DNA of 64,000 nt. Source: Saccostrea cucullata. Taxonomy: Eukaryota. Shown in pieces: positions 1 through 18,475 of the stretch. The DNA is taken from contig NW_026935164.1 of assembly GCF_032062105.1 (NCBI RefSeq), positions 558,001 to 622,000 of the forward strand. The letters are read 5' to 3'. Each line of letters opens with the position of its first letter. Position 1 is the stretch's first letter. Below the pieces are notes generated by a model that worked only from the letters and a program-made list of their open reading frames with translations, did no database searches and was not told the origin of the DNA. The position numbers and the translations under genes were made by a program.

Positions 1-309
1 TAATTTTTTTTTTTTGAGTATGTTCATAAATGCTTGTCCAAAAAACTCATTATTCATATTTTTTACATCATCCTTTTGCCCTATTTGATAGTTTAATAAC
101 TCAGATTTCCCTGGTGTGCACTTACTTTCTGGTGTAACCATATGATGAAATAAATAATTAAGATTTGATTCATTTGTTACTTTGAATTTTTTATGACTTA
201 GATCCAAGGATGAAAGAAATTAACAGCTAAACCTGCAAATGAAATAAGAAGATGTACATATAAACAAAAGTTTTTCTGGCTGTGGCTCTGATATATAAAT
301 CCAAGACTG

Positions 310-1359
310 CTACACACTAGCATTTGGTTTGTATATTTTAGCATTTGGTATTAGAGTATGGATGTTTACTGGTCCTTTCAAAGAGAGTCTGAGGTCAATA
401 TAGGTGTGCTCCCAGTGATGATCTGTGAAAGAAAATGGCAGAGGTTTTCTCTTTGCTCCTAAAATTTTAAGTGTTTTACATGCTTTCTTTTGTTTTTCAC
501 CAAGGTGCATCCATCTCTTGCATTGGTTGTAAAAATGGAAAAACTTTGCAGGATCAATTGTTGGAAAGAAATACTCAGCTGGAGCTAAGTAAGTTCCATT
601 CACGTGTGTGTCTGGGTAAGAGTATTCTCCCTTGAAATCTCTGTATACCAGTGTTACAAAATGAGGTCCAGTGCTATCCAGGACATTCCACATGTGATGG
701 AAAGATGGCAGCCTGTCCATCAATTTCTTCATGAAAGGATGTTTTGGTCTACAACCAATTATTGCATTTATCACCAAATTCTCAAAGTTTCCATCTAGAA
801 GAGGATGTTCGTATGGCTCTTGTGATACAAAGCATGCATATTTCTTTGTAAAAGGTTCAACAGATTTTAAACTCTCTAAATCCATATCGGCATAAATCCC
901 TCCAAATTCATACATTATTACATATCGCAATGCATCAGCTCTTCTTATCCCTTCAGTATAACTATCAAAGGTGTTTAACAAATGTGGATGCCTTTCTTGA
1001 ATGAGCTGTCTTGCACTTATGTCTGTCCACAAATAATATGTCCAGTCTGGATGGTTTTTTACCCATGTCTGAACCCACTTTGAAAATTTACTAGGAATAT
1101 CCTCATTTTTCCAAGTTTGGTGAATAATACGAGGAATCCTTTCATCACCATCTGTTGGAAAAGCCTCTGGATCCCTTATTCCTAAAGGCACAAAGTCGGG
1201 CTCCACTGGAATGTCAATGTCATGAAATGCTCCGTTTTCTTTTATTTGTTCAAACTTGATAAGATAATGTAGAACAATTAAGAACATACTGCCATGACAG
1301 AGGGTTTTTAACGTCTGGGGTCTGGTAAGTGCCAAAATAAATTTTCTGGGCTGTCTCAT
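310..1359 (-). CDS. Glycosyltransferase family 32 (DXD, OCH1/SUR1/A4GALT-like) type II membrane protein, single coding exon
   Basis: 349-aa ORF with N-terminal hydrophobic anchor and the motifs IPRIIHQTWK, RADALRYVIMYEFGGIYADMD (DXD) and STGP. Splice acceptor (ctttcag|gATG) lies directly before the start; a probable 5'UTR exon ends near 3180. Confidence 0.9.
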   Translation of the reverse strand: MRQPRKFILALTRPQTLKTLCHGSMFLIVLHYLIKFEQIKENGAFHDIDIPVEPDFVPLGIRDPEAFPTDGDERIPRIIHQTWKNEDIPSKFSKWVQTWVKNHPDWTYYLWTDISARQLIQERHPHLLNTFDSYTEGIRRADALRYVIMYEFGGIYADMDLESLKSVEPFTKKYACFVSQEPYEHPLLDGNFENLVINAIIGCRPKHPFMKKLMDRLPSFHHMWNVLDSTGPHFVTLVYRDFKGEYSYPDTHVNGTYLAPAEYFFPTIDPAKFFHFYNQCKRWMHLGEKQKKACKTLKILGAKRKPLPFSFTDHHWEHTYIDLRLSLKGPVNIHTLIPNAKIYKPNASV

Positions 1360-1460
1360 CCTGAAAGTTAGATATTGAATATGTTGGATTGAATAAATAC
1401 AAGCTATTTCATAAGGACATACTCAACAGGTCTAGGAAAATCACTATATTTAGCTATATA

Positions 1461-1685
1461 CTGTATAAGTGGAAATTTTAGCGAGACGCAAATTTAGTGA
1501 TTTCTCCATAAAGAATGGTATTTTATTTTTAGCAAGATGCAAATTTAGCGATTTTAAAATGTTCACTAAAGAGACTTTAACAAAGAAAATGCAATTAATT
1601 TTTAGCGATATTAAATTTTAGCAATCCCAGCATTCTCGCTAATAATGCCAAAATTACATCCTCGCTAATAATTCTGCTTATACGG
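1461..1685. mobile_element. Tc1/mariner-type MITE (TA TSD)
   Basis: TIRs ctgtataagtggaaattttagcgag / ctcgctaataattctgcttatacgg flanked by TA; a second copy lies at 47144-47369. Confidence 0.75.
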
Positions 1686-1908
1686 TAGCTAAATCTACCT
1701 ATATAGCTTTATTTACCTATATAATATAGCTCTATTCAGCTATTTCAGTGTAAATTTCTGTTCTATGAAAAGCAGACAAAAAGACATATAATGAGGCAGT
1801 AATAGCTTTCAACTTTAAAATGGACTGAAAACAATTCACCAAAAACCCAACTCTAAAAATGTTTCTCCTTTTGTGCAATTGCAAAGATCCAAAAGTTTTG
1901 GGACTGTT

Positions 1909-2380
1909 GGCCACTTACACACATGTAGATTAGGTAACCTGGGTTTAATGACTGATCTAAAAATCAGGTAAACTTGGCTCAACCCTAGCTTAAGTTGTAC
2001 TCAGGTGAGCTAGCTGTTGTTGGGTTGCTGACCTATCACTCAAGCATTTCTTACATAAGTGCAGGCTGAACCAGGATTTATTTTGAATATGACATCAAAG
2101 AAGGCACCAAATTTTACAGAATTTGAAAAGGCTGTATTTCTTGAATTAATCAGTGAAAGAAAATCAATCGTTGAAAGTAAACTAAATGATGGGAGAATAA
2201 TCTGTAAGAAAAAAAAGGAATGGGAAAATATTAAGAATGAATTCAGAAGTATAACACAGTTAAAATCTTTGAGCTGATCTCATCTGAGTTTTTCAAGTGT
2301 GCAAGTGAATCACCAAATATGAGCTAAACTTAAGCCTGGATTACACTGACCCAGGTTTAACACAGATGTGTGCAAGTGAT
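1909..2380 (+). mobile_element. PIF/Harbinger deletion derivative carrying a Myb/SANT-like ORF fragment (2089-2277)
   Basis: Inverted ends ggccacttacacacat...aacctgggt / acccaggttt...atgtgtgcaagtga. The ORF KKAPNFTEFEKAVFLELI...KKKKEWENIKNEF resembles the Myb/SANT DNA-binding protein of Harbinger elements. Confidence 0.65.
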
Positions 2381-2392
2381 TAAGCAGCTACT

Positions 2393-2945
2393 TTAAAGGT
2401 ACTTGGACACAGATTTGAAGTATAATAACGACTTATATATTTTAATAGCATTTCACACAAAAATTAATTAAAAATCTTATTTGTAAAAGTGAAATTTCAA
2501 ATTTTTCGGTGGGTTTGATTGACATATCCTTGAACTCTCACAAATTTAATTTTATTCTTAATCCTTAGGAAAAGTGGCAATCTCGTTTTGTATAATGAAA
2601 AATATTAATACTATAATCCAGAAAATTCAGAGTAGACACGTTCGAAAGCAAAACAAACACACAATATAATGTCAGTCCGTGTAGTTGTGGCAAAGCAATC
2701 ACACTGAACGCACCCGGTGCTAAATATAAACCCACTCGAGCCCTGTTTACAAAAACTGTGTACATAACACGAGTGTGCTTGATTTGCATTTTTTGGAATG
2801 AAAATACTTGTGAAGGTGTTTTGCTTTCTAACATTTCTACTCTGATTAAAATTATTTTTTTGATTAAAGTTTTAATAAGTTAAAAATATTTTTAATTAAT
2901 TTTTGTGTGAAATGCCATAATTTTGAGAAAATGCGACTTTTTTGT
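2393..2945. mobile_element. Probable truncated Kolobok-like (TTAA) MITE
   Basis: Begins ttaaaggtacttggacac; no matching right TIR was found. Confidence 0.35.
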
Positions 2946-3179
2946 CTGCTATTCATAAAACAAACACTTATTCTAAAATATCTAAATAAAGCTATATTAT
3001 ATAGGTACCCGGTAAATAAAGCTATATAATATAGTTCATCTATATAGCTAAATATAGTGATTTTCCTGGACCTGCGCAAGAAAAAAGTTCAAGACACACA
3101 AATATCAATTAAGACTGCTAGTAACAAAAATAAACTGTTCAATAAAAATCTTGATAGAGCTAACCTTTCAAACTCTAAC

Positions 3180-3497
3180 CATATTCGTTTGTTCAGAAGC
3201 TGCAGAAACCGCATCTCTCATCTTCACGACAAATAAATACATCGGGTTCAAGCTTGTTCCTCTAATTACCCCAAAATTATTTTTTTTTTCACTTCCTTCA
3301 TTCTATATATTAAAGTGTATGACAATTTATTTTTTTCTATATAAAAAAGTATTTTAAAATATAGTAATATTCTTTAAGATGTAACGTTATTCATACTATT
3401 TGTTCATAGCAGTCTGATATAATCATTTTGCGGTTTTTAGGAGAGCCTGAATACAAAATTTACCTCCAGTGGCAGAACTCTTCAGCCGACTTTCAAC
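3180..3497. promoter_or_regulatory. Putative bidirectional promoter, GT32 gene / PSMA4
   Basis: Minus-strand donor (atatg|gttag) at ~3179 and PSMA4 ATG at 3498 diverge within ~320 bp. Confidence 0.5.
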
Positions 3498-8790
<5,293 letters not shown>

Positions 8791-8955
8791 TTGTAAGTCA
8801 TTATTATATAAAAGGATTTCTCTAAGGAAGAATCATCATACTAGTATGCACTTCTGAAAATTTAGTTTTAATTACATTACACTCTTTACTTGTATTTTTG
8901 ATGTTCAGTCAAAACTCATAAAATTGCAAAATATTTTTATTTTCTCCAATCGAAA

Positions 8956-9797
8956 CATAGTTGCCAACTCACCCGATTTCGTCGGGTCACACCCGATTTT
9001 TCCACCCGTAACCCGATTATTTTTTATGACCCGGCGGGTCATGCTTATCACCCGTTTTTGTAAAATATTTCCGGATTTGGTTCGTTTAGGTTGCACTTTT
9101 AACTTCCAGTTACAACCCAAGCTTAGATCTACGTAAACAATGCCGATGGATTAATTATCTTTGCAGGTGTAAACAATTAACTGGGTGTTGTTTTGACAAA
9201 TCAATGTTTGAAGTCAATTATAATGGCTTCCGATAGAACTAGATCGTTATCAGGGCCAACAGGAACAAATTGAACCAAACACATGTCTCTGATTGAACCA
9301 AGTAAAACTAAAAGAGAAACGATATTTCTGTACATATCAAGGAATCTTGGGGAAAAAGACTTTCATTCTTGATAAAATAAAGTGATCAAAGACAGTGTAG
9401 GCCTAAGTTCAAATTTAAAACATGTTGCAGTAGTTAATTAATTAAGAGAGAGGAAAAATAACTTCAAAACTGAAATTGGTATACTTTCAAATTTAGCAGA
9501 AACTGAAAAGGCTTTTTAAAAAAAATGCACATTTGCTTCAGGTCAATACTGAAATATGAAACCTTCAATTTTCATTTTTAACATGTAAATTAAAGCAAAT
9601 TATGTATGTTTTTTTTATCATAGTAAATTAAATCCTTTTTCAATAAAAGAATTCTCAATACACAAATACTTTGTATACATGTATAAAATTTTATCATGGT
9701 AAATATGTCGTGAATGTCGTTACGCGTTATGACCAGATTTTTACTTTCCAAATCTGGTCATGACCAGATTTTTACATGCTGGAGGTTGGCAAGTATG
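8956..9797. mobile_element. hAT non-autonomous element
   Basis: TIRs catagttgccaac / gttggcaagtatg; perfect 8-bp TSD aatcgaaa (8948-8955, 9798-9805). Confidence 0.88.
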
Positions 9798-10256
9798 AAT
9801 CGAAACAATGAATCAATTAAAAGCACAGAATTGAAGCTATAATAGCATGTATTTGTAAAATATTGTTTGTAGTTCATTTCTTTCGCAAAAGGTTGTTTGT
9901 ATAACTTTTTGAATTAAAATCCATGTACTTATTTTCTTTCAGGACATTCAGAATGGAAGAAATCTGTCCACCATCTCTTGTGTTATCACCTCACGCTTTA
10001 GTGAACAAGAACATTAGTGCTGTTGTACATACTGTGAATCATCATTTTATCTGATCTTTGTCATTAAATATATTATTATAATGACTTGACTTAAGCTTTA
10101 ATGGAGGAGCAAAAAAATTGTGTTCGTATAATGATATCGGATCTTCAATTTCCTATATAAAATATTATAATTGTGGTTTTTCTCCCTTCAAGGCCTCAGC
10201 TCCATTACCTCTAAGGAATTGAACGCTACTTGTACATTAACTTTATTGTAAAATAT

Positions 10257-11534
10257 TAGTGTTGGCAAATCGGACGAATTTTATTAACTGTACTCGTCTT
10301 CAATCTTCCGCACAAATTTTCTGTTTTTTTCTTATAACTTTTTTTATTGTTGCCCAATCAAGTTTAAATTTGGTATGGTAGTTTAATAGGCAGAAATACA
10401 TATTTTGTTGCTAAGTTTGAATCTATATGTCTTCTAGTTTGGAGCTGGGGTGGTGGGGTAGATTCCTTAACTATGCAATTACTTTTTTTATGGTTGCCCA
10501 ATTTTTAAGATCAAATTTTACGGTAGTTCAGTAGGCAAAAATACATATTTTGATGCTAATTTATTATTAAACTTATCCTTTTACATATTGAGAGAAATAA
10601 ATAATAAATGTTACATATATGACTTTATTTACAAACACAAACTACTAAAACACAATATCTTCGAAGAATTTTGATTTTAAATGTCACTTGAAACTGAAAT
10701 GGGAATTTTTGTTTTTGTTCCTAAAAAAAGAAAAGATAATTTTGATTTACCTACACCTCAAGAATGTTTTTAATTTTTAAAGAAGACATTTGTTATTGTA
10801 ACTTTAGAAGAAAATGATGAGAGAGGTACAATTAATCCCTTGGGATTAATTAACATACCCTGTAACAGTTTGCAATTACTGGTTATTTTTGTTTAAAAAT
10901 AAATTCAATGTTAAGTTTGCCATGAATATTATTTTCAAGTCATGTTGCTTTTTCTTTGTACATTTATTAATCATTCTGTAAGCTGCACCCTTTTAATTCT
11001 ACCCAATGGCGGGGCCCTTGCTGACTGGTCAGTTTTCTAGTTTTTGTTGAGTTTCATGCAAGTCATGGTTTTCGAATTATTTTTCAATCTTAGATGATTT
11101 AGCATATTTGTAGTTCCACCCGTATACGACGACTACTATTCTGAGAGATTTCGAGTTAGCCATTTTTTACAATGTTTCCATGCTTTAGATCTTTGTGGCG
11201 CCATCATGTTCAATTATGATCCTCTGACTAACACAGGTCTAAATGAGGTAATTATAACTCGGGTCTTCAAAATGTTTACCCCCTGACAATTAAAGTCATC
11301 AATTAAACTAATCAAAACAAATCGATCCTATTTGTGAACCAATAGAGCAAGCCGAATGGTAATTAAATTAGGGAAATGTGTCAATATACATTTACAAATA
11401 ACCAAAAAAATATTTTAAACGTATTTACTATGAAAAATGTATTTTTATCCGAGTAACCGAATTGCACTTTTTCTAACCGGTACTCGCATCGTTCGACGGT
11501 TAACCGGTTAATAGGGTACTCGTTGCCAACACTA
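10257..11534. mobile_element. hAT non-autonomous element
   Basis: TIRs tagtgttggcaa / ttgccaacacta; perfect 8-bp TSD taaaatat (10249-10256, 11535-11542). Confidence 0.85.
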
Positions 11535-12209
11535 TAAAATATGCATATATGGAACAGATGTGGCAAATTCTGTGGTGTATTCACTGGTATATATTGAGTC
11601 AACGTGTGAATTGAAATAACATGTATTATTGATTGATCAAACATCATCGGTATACATGTATCTGCATGAATGACAAGTTGAAGCCCACAGCAAGTAGTTT
11701 CTTCTTCTCATTGAGAAGTTTTCGAGTAAATTCTGGTTCTTAGGAATTTAAAAACAGATTGGCTGATAAAGGAGTACAAATAGAACCCATAAGGATTCCA
11801 AAAGTTTTTTGGATGACCTAATTTCTGAAGATTACATAAATATCAATGACAAACCCCAACATCCTTTCTTGTATGTGAATTTGTATGTTTCCACATAAGT
11901 GTGAGTTTTTCTGGTACATAAGACTGGTTCTTGATTTGATGTGAACATATTTTCTTATGTGCTGATACATAAATGGGTTGGGCAGCAGACACAGCCTATA
12001 TATGAAGCTTCCTAAATTAGAATAGACTCTAAATTGTTCAAATCATGGCCCCCAGGGGTAGGGTTGGACCGCAATATAGGGAATCAAATGTTTTACATTG
12101 AAAAATATTGTTTTAAAAATTAATAATTCTCTTGATCAAGAATCACTGGGTCAGAAACTTCCTGAGGTAGTCTAAATTCTAAGTTGTTCAAATCATGACC
12201 CCAGGCTTG

Positions 12210-12370
12210 GGGGCCATAAAACTTAGATGAGCTCACTTTTGATCTCAGTCTCACATTTCCACTATTAATCCCTTTTGAAAAAGTGAGACTTAGATCATAA
12301 GTGAGCTCGTCTTAGTTTTTGAGAAAGTGAGACTTAGATCATAAGTGAGCTCGTCTTAGTTTTATGGCCC
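12210..12370. mobile_element. Small Harbinger-like MITE with a tandemly duplicated right arm, inserted in a Cg170-like satellite
   Basis: ggggccataaaacttagatgagctcact... mirrors ...agtgagctcgtcttagttttatggccc; a ~45-bp arm segment is present twice. Confidence 0.6.
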
Positions 12371-13622
12371 GGAGCCAGGAGTAGGGATGGCCCACAGTAA
12401 GTATTATAAATGGGGAAATCTATTGAAGAACAGCAGGGTCAGATTTACTCAGGTGAGCGTTGTGACCCATGGACCTCATTAAATTTATTGTGAGGAATGG
12501 GTATTATTGTGTATAGGAAGGTTTTACATTTTGAAATAGTTTTTTTTTTTTGTTATTTGATGATTTTAAATTTTCCGGATTTTATTTTTTTTATGGGGGG
12601 GGGGGTCCACAACTGAATTACAGCACTACTAGAATACTCCGTTACATTCATCTGACAGTCAATATTAACTTATAAACAGCAAAGCTATATGTGTCATATT
12701 AATTCAAAAGCATTCTAATGAAGTGTAGATTTAAGTTTGTTCAAATACTTCACCCCCACCCCTACCCACTTTTATAATATATATAAACTTTTCACTACTA
12801 GCTGGCCAGTTGCTCCGGTGAGCGATGTGACGCGATGTGACCCCTGAGCCTCTTGTTATAGTCCATTAGTGTTTCTGCTTACATAAAAGAGTACTTTACT
12901 TCGAAGAAACTATCCTATACTATTCTCAGCATACAGGTGTCATTGATCACACGTCTGTAAAATTAAATCCATAACCTTCTTATCTTTCTCGCTCTCTAGG
13001 GTTAGAGGGAATCACCTTTTGGTAAGACCTTTTAAATGGTGCAACAAATGTGAAAAATTTATATAAATTTTCTGATACGGTGTACATATTTTTGAAGAAG
13101 ATCGTTCAGAAATGGCTCTATCATTAGGTTTTTGTTAAACTTGAATGTTTTACAAAGTGTTAAACTTTAGTGTTTTACAGGGTGTTACCATACTAAGTAG
13201 TTGTGGGGATATTACGGGGAATTACTCGATTTTTTTTTTATTTGTAGACTTTTTTTTCAAAAAAAAAGTTTATAAGGTTAAGAAAAAAAAACGATTAAAC
13301 AATATTATTTTGTTATACAGAAATTACTATGAGATGCTAGTCTCTGCCAATATAATTAATGAAATAGTTTTTATGTCGAATTTTGCTAATAAAACAATTG
13401 GTTTAAAGTCGAAGTATTCAATAAGCTTGACATATTAATTTTATGTAAATTACACGAAAAAAATATCTTCTCAAGACTCTCTATGTAATCAAGATATGTG
13501 CAGGTCAGTTCGTTCATTGTGATATGTGAAAACGTTGAATCAAAGGTCTGATAGTACTGTAAGTAGGAATGTACATTTTCTTTACAAGTTCCTGCCACAG
13601 ACTTTACCGGTATTCAGAAGAG

Positions 13623-16600
13623 ATGAAATCTTTAGCTGTCCTCTCTCTTGTCTTCCACGTGGCGTTTTCTTATATATTCCTGGAGAAGCTGTCACACACA
13701 AAGCTTCCCTCCAGGACCACGCCCTCGGTGGTGTATAAGATGTTTGGTGGTGCCGCCGAGGAGGCCGCCTATGACAAACAGCGACAAATTCTATACGTAG
13801 TTGGTAAGCATAATTGTAACGATGTTTAAAGTCTTAGGTGCCATAGATATTAGGGATTTAAAAAAAACCATCTTCCTAAAGATGTTGTTTTTAAGATTTC
13901 TTAAGTGTGCTCCCATCATAGCTCCACTTAGCTAGCCTCTCTTTTTACGAATTCCAGCCTCCAAATGGCACAAATCGTCTGATAAGTTGATAAATGAAAT
14001 CACAGAAGTATGTTTTTATTGTCAGGCGAAGAATCTCGATTACTTCATGTGATGAACTTGGCAGATCCAAAGAACCCTGTTTTAGCTACAAGCTACCAGT
14101 TTACGCCTAGCGACGGAACACCACGTGACGTAGCTGTATGTGGTGATGAGGTCGCTGTTGCTGTGACATCAGGAATCAGAGATGTTTATGAGGGACATGT
14201 GTATTTCTTTCATGCATATTCTGCCGGGGAGCCAGAACTGAGATTTGACGGAAAACTTCCAAGTAAGGAAAAGGACTGTTTCAAAAACGTTTTTCTCTTT
14301 TCATTTAGGGAATATCCCAAAAATTCACCACTGCTAATTTTAATATGAATATACATTGTAATTACTTTCTTATGTTTAGCTGGCTACTTTCCGGATATGT
14401 TGACATTTACTAGCGACTGTAAGAAAGTTCTGATAGCCAATGAAGGAAGGCCAGGGAAAGATATCAATAACGTTTTCGTGGATCCAGAAGGATCTGTTAC
14501 AGTCATAGAGCGGGAAAGATCAGGAAACCCGTCAGAGCGAACAGTTTTCTTCAGCGGTCAAAACCAAAGGTTAGCCCCCCCCTCCCCCGGCTTAAAAATA
14601 TCTGCTTGAAAAAAAGCAAAACAATAACAAAGGAAAATAAAACTAGTACATTGTGACAAAATCTGCATTTTGTGTTGAAACCGAACCCAACCCTTTTCTC
14701 TTGTAGATTTGATTTAAGGTTTCCTATTCGATATATACCCCAGAATGTATGGCCAGGCACGGCCAATCCAACCTTTGAACAAGACGCTACACCGGAGTAT
14801 ATTGCTGTTTCCCCGGATAATAAATACGCTTACATTATTTTACAGGTAATGCTTCAATCAAAAAAGAGTCCGGTAGAAGTAGACAAGTTTATCTTTTAAA
14901 AAAGATAGGTGAGCTAGCGCCTTTGCAATTTTTAAACACAGAAAGGAAGGTCGGTAATCAAGTGATTTATTTTGCTGAATTTCTTAATGTTTATCGAGGC
15001 TGGGGTATGGTAAAGTTATAATTTTTTTGTGAAGTATATTTTATATATTGACACATAGGTAAAGAAACGAGGGGGGAGTGAAGTTTTTGTGTTGACCCAT
15101 TGGAGTTTCCAGAGAGTTCCAAATGTGAAGATGTGAAGTAGCTTGACCCTTTGGGTCTGACATCCTTGTCAAGAACTGTTAGGTTAAAAGACATACACAG
15201 AATTTTTTAGATAAATAATGTATTTGTTCGTAATTTTTAGTGTAAATCCTTGTTTATGGATTTTTTTGCTTGGCCTACATAGCCATGATTGTGAGCATAT
15301 GGAACATATTTTTATTGTGGTGAGGTCTTGAAAACAGAGTCTATCTTTTGTTTAGACGTAAAAAAACTCCCTTGTCTTTGTTTAGACCTATCAGATAATG
15401 AGTCGGGCTTTTCCGTCAGAAAAAAGGGGAAATTTGAAGTATTACATTTATGTAGTTATCTTTAAAGTGTACGCTACACAATAGATAAATAAAGTTATTT
15501 AATGATACAACGAAATTTTTGTCGTACTGTTTATCTATAGTAGTTTTCACACACTCGGAGTTCCTCGGATGGTTCGTACCTAACGGAGGCAGCCGAAGAT
15601 TGCCGATTGGTTTACACAGATTTCCCAGAATGCACGACCGTGAAGCTGAGCATGCGCATTTCAGGACCTTGGACTAACGTAGTTGCTAGCTCTCGAGAGC
15701 GCTAGCAAAAAGTCATGTAGTCCATTGATGCGACATCTAGGATTTCGTCGATCACACGACGATGTGACGGTGCGATGACGATGGCACGATCGATGACATA
15801 ATGGCGATGACGTGAGAAACGACGATAAGTGCCCTTTATCGCATCATCGTGTCATGCAGGCGCGTAACCAGGAATTTTTTCCGGGGGGGGGGTCCACCCT
15901 AGTGAAAAAAAAAAATCCAACCTAGCTAGAAATTTGTTGACAAGCAACAAAAAACCAACAAAAAAAGAAGTTACCCCACCAAAACATGAAAATCCTATTT
16001 TTTTTTTGGGGGGGGGGGTCCAAGGTCACTTTTTACTTGGTTAAGTAAATAAGTTCAATACCCCCCCCCCCCCCGGATCCACGCATGTCATGGCATTGCA
16101 TCACACGTGCTATCGCACCGCCGTCACGTCATCGTCATTGTCACCGCAACATCGAGTTGATAGTGTACTTTTTAAAAATATTAAATGTGCTTCTCGTATA
16201 ACATCGAATTGGCACAGGTATGGCACGCCAAATTCACAAAAATGAGCTAAATATAGTTTCACAGTCGATAAACTATCTTTATCGGTGGTAAACTTTAGTT
16301 TACGGATCGTAAAATAGAGTTAACAACGTTAATCTATATTTTACATCTGTAAACCATAGTTAACGCGATAATATATGTTTCAGAACCGTAAACTATACTT
16401 AAATACCCAATTTTATGTTAACGCCTCTTCGACCACTCCCCCTCCTCTGGTAACCGTACGGTAAAAAAAATTGGATCTTTAACACCGAAAACAATCATTT
16501 GCGATTGCAAAACATAGATTATCTGATAAATACAGTTTCACGATTTGTAAACTATGGTTTACAACTCTTAACTATAGTTAACGATCTGATAAATACAGTT

Positions 16601-18406
16601 TCACGATTTGTGAAACTATGATTAACAACTCTTAACTATAGTTCACTATGGCACGCCAAATTCACAAAAATGAGATAATCATAGTTTCACAATCGATAAA
16701 CTAGGTTTATCGGTTGTAAACTATAGTTTACAAACCGTAAACTATAGTTAACAACGTTAATCCATATTTCACATCTGTAAACCATAGTTAACGCGATAAT
16801 CTATGTTTCACAACCGTAAACTATACTTTACACTGAAAACAATCATTTGCGATTGCAAAACATAGATTATCTGATAAATACAGTTTCACAATTTGTAAAC
16901 TATAGTTTACAAACCGTTAACTATAGTTAACGATCTGATAAATATAGTTTCACGATTTGTGAAACTATGATTAACAACTCTTAACTATAGTTTACGATTG
17001 TAAACTATAGTTTACAAACGTGAATCTATGTTTATCAACAAAATCTATTGTTAACGCTTATTACAGACAGATAAACTTAGATTATCATTCGTAAACTATA
17101 ATTAACAACCGTTAAATATAGTTTTACAGATGAAAACTATACTTAACGAATCGTTAACTATACTTAACGAATCGTTAACTATAGTTTACGGTTTGTAAAC
17201 TATAGTTTACAGTCGATAAACCTAGTTTATCAAATGTGAAACTAGGTTTATCTCATTTTTGTGAATTTGGCGTGCCATAGTTCACGATGTAAATTATAGT
17301 TTACAGACGTGAATCTATGTTTATCAACAAAATCTATTTTTAACGTTTTATTACAGACAGATAGACTTAGATTAGCGTTCGTAAACTATAGTTAACAACC
17401 GTTAAATATAGTTTTACAGATGAAAACTATAGTTAACGAATTGTTAACTATAGTTCACGGTTTGTAAACTATAGTTTACAGTCGATAAACCTAGTTTATC
17501 AACTGTGAAACTATAATTAGCTTATTTTTGTGAATTTGGCATGCCATACACAGGCATTCAATTATAAACTAGAGGTACTGTGAGCACTGAGCTCAGTAAA
17601 TGATACCTACGCCTCCTATATAATTGTAATGGCAAAGTCTATGTTTGCTCTTGGAAACCTGAAATAAGCGTCAGATCAAAAAGTAAAATAGGAGGTGCAC
17701 AATGGCACTGTGTCAAAGATTTTGTGTCTCATAAATTTCATTTAGTGGTTGCGGATAAGAGATGGATACTCCAAATACGGACGGATGGACGGACGGACAT
17801 CTCGATCATTCGGGTGTATACCGTGTTAATGTGGAAAGGAACAAAATATGCTATTATGTATTTAAATGTCCAATTCAATACTTATAATACGAGTAGATAT
17901 GCAACACTTTAGATATATGTAGTTTGAAAGTGTTAGTAACACAAAAGTAGAAAATAACATCAAAACTCCACAATACCATCATACTTTTTTTATGCAGAGG
18001 AACAATGCTGTGGCGACAATGTCCCTATCAACATACGAGATACAATCAATTAAACCTATACCAAAGAAAGACTGGAGCAAGTACACCATTGACCCCAGCG
18101 ACAGAGACGGAGGTTTATATTATAGATCATACAGTAGTTTTAATAGTTTAGAATATACAGGGACTTAGCATCGTGAGTGCATGAAAAATAACATATTTGG
18201 CATGCGCGGATCTAGAGGGGGGGGGATCGGGGGGTCAGGACCCCCCTGGAATTTACCAGGTTAAAAAAAATGTATATACTAAAACAAGAAAAAAGTTACC
18301 ATGGACCCCCCCTGGAAAACGCTGACCCCCCCCCCCCCCGCTGGTATACGCGAATATGTGTGAAATGGGTATGGAAAGTGAAAGATTTGAGGCAAGAGAA
18401 GTCACC

Positions 18407-18475
<69 letters not shown>

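Larger units (their letters stand above)
1427..3074. mobile_element. Non-autonomous TIR element (CAGG termini, ~100-bp TIRs) hosting nested insertions
   Basis: caggtctaggaaaatcactatatttagctata at 1427 mirrors tatagctaaatatagtgattttcctggacctg ending 3074. The TIR resumes at 1688-1740 after a nested MITE. Imperfect 5-bp flanks ctcaa/cgcaa. Confidence 0.7.

Noticed and set aside
16219-17548. CRISPR-like repeat array
   Set aside because: Repeats are irregular TE subrepeats without unique spacers; eukaryotic context and no cas genes.
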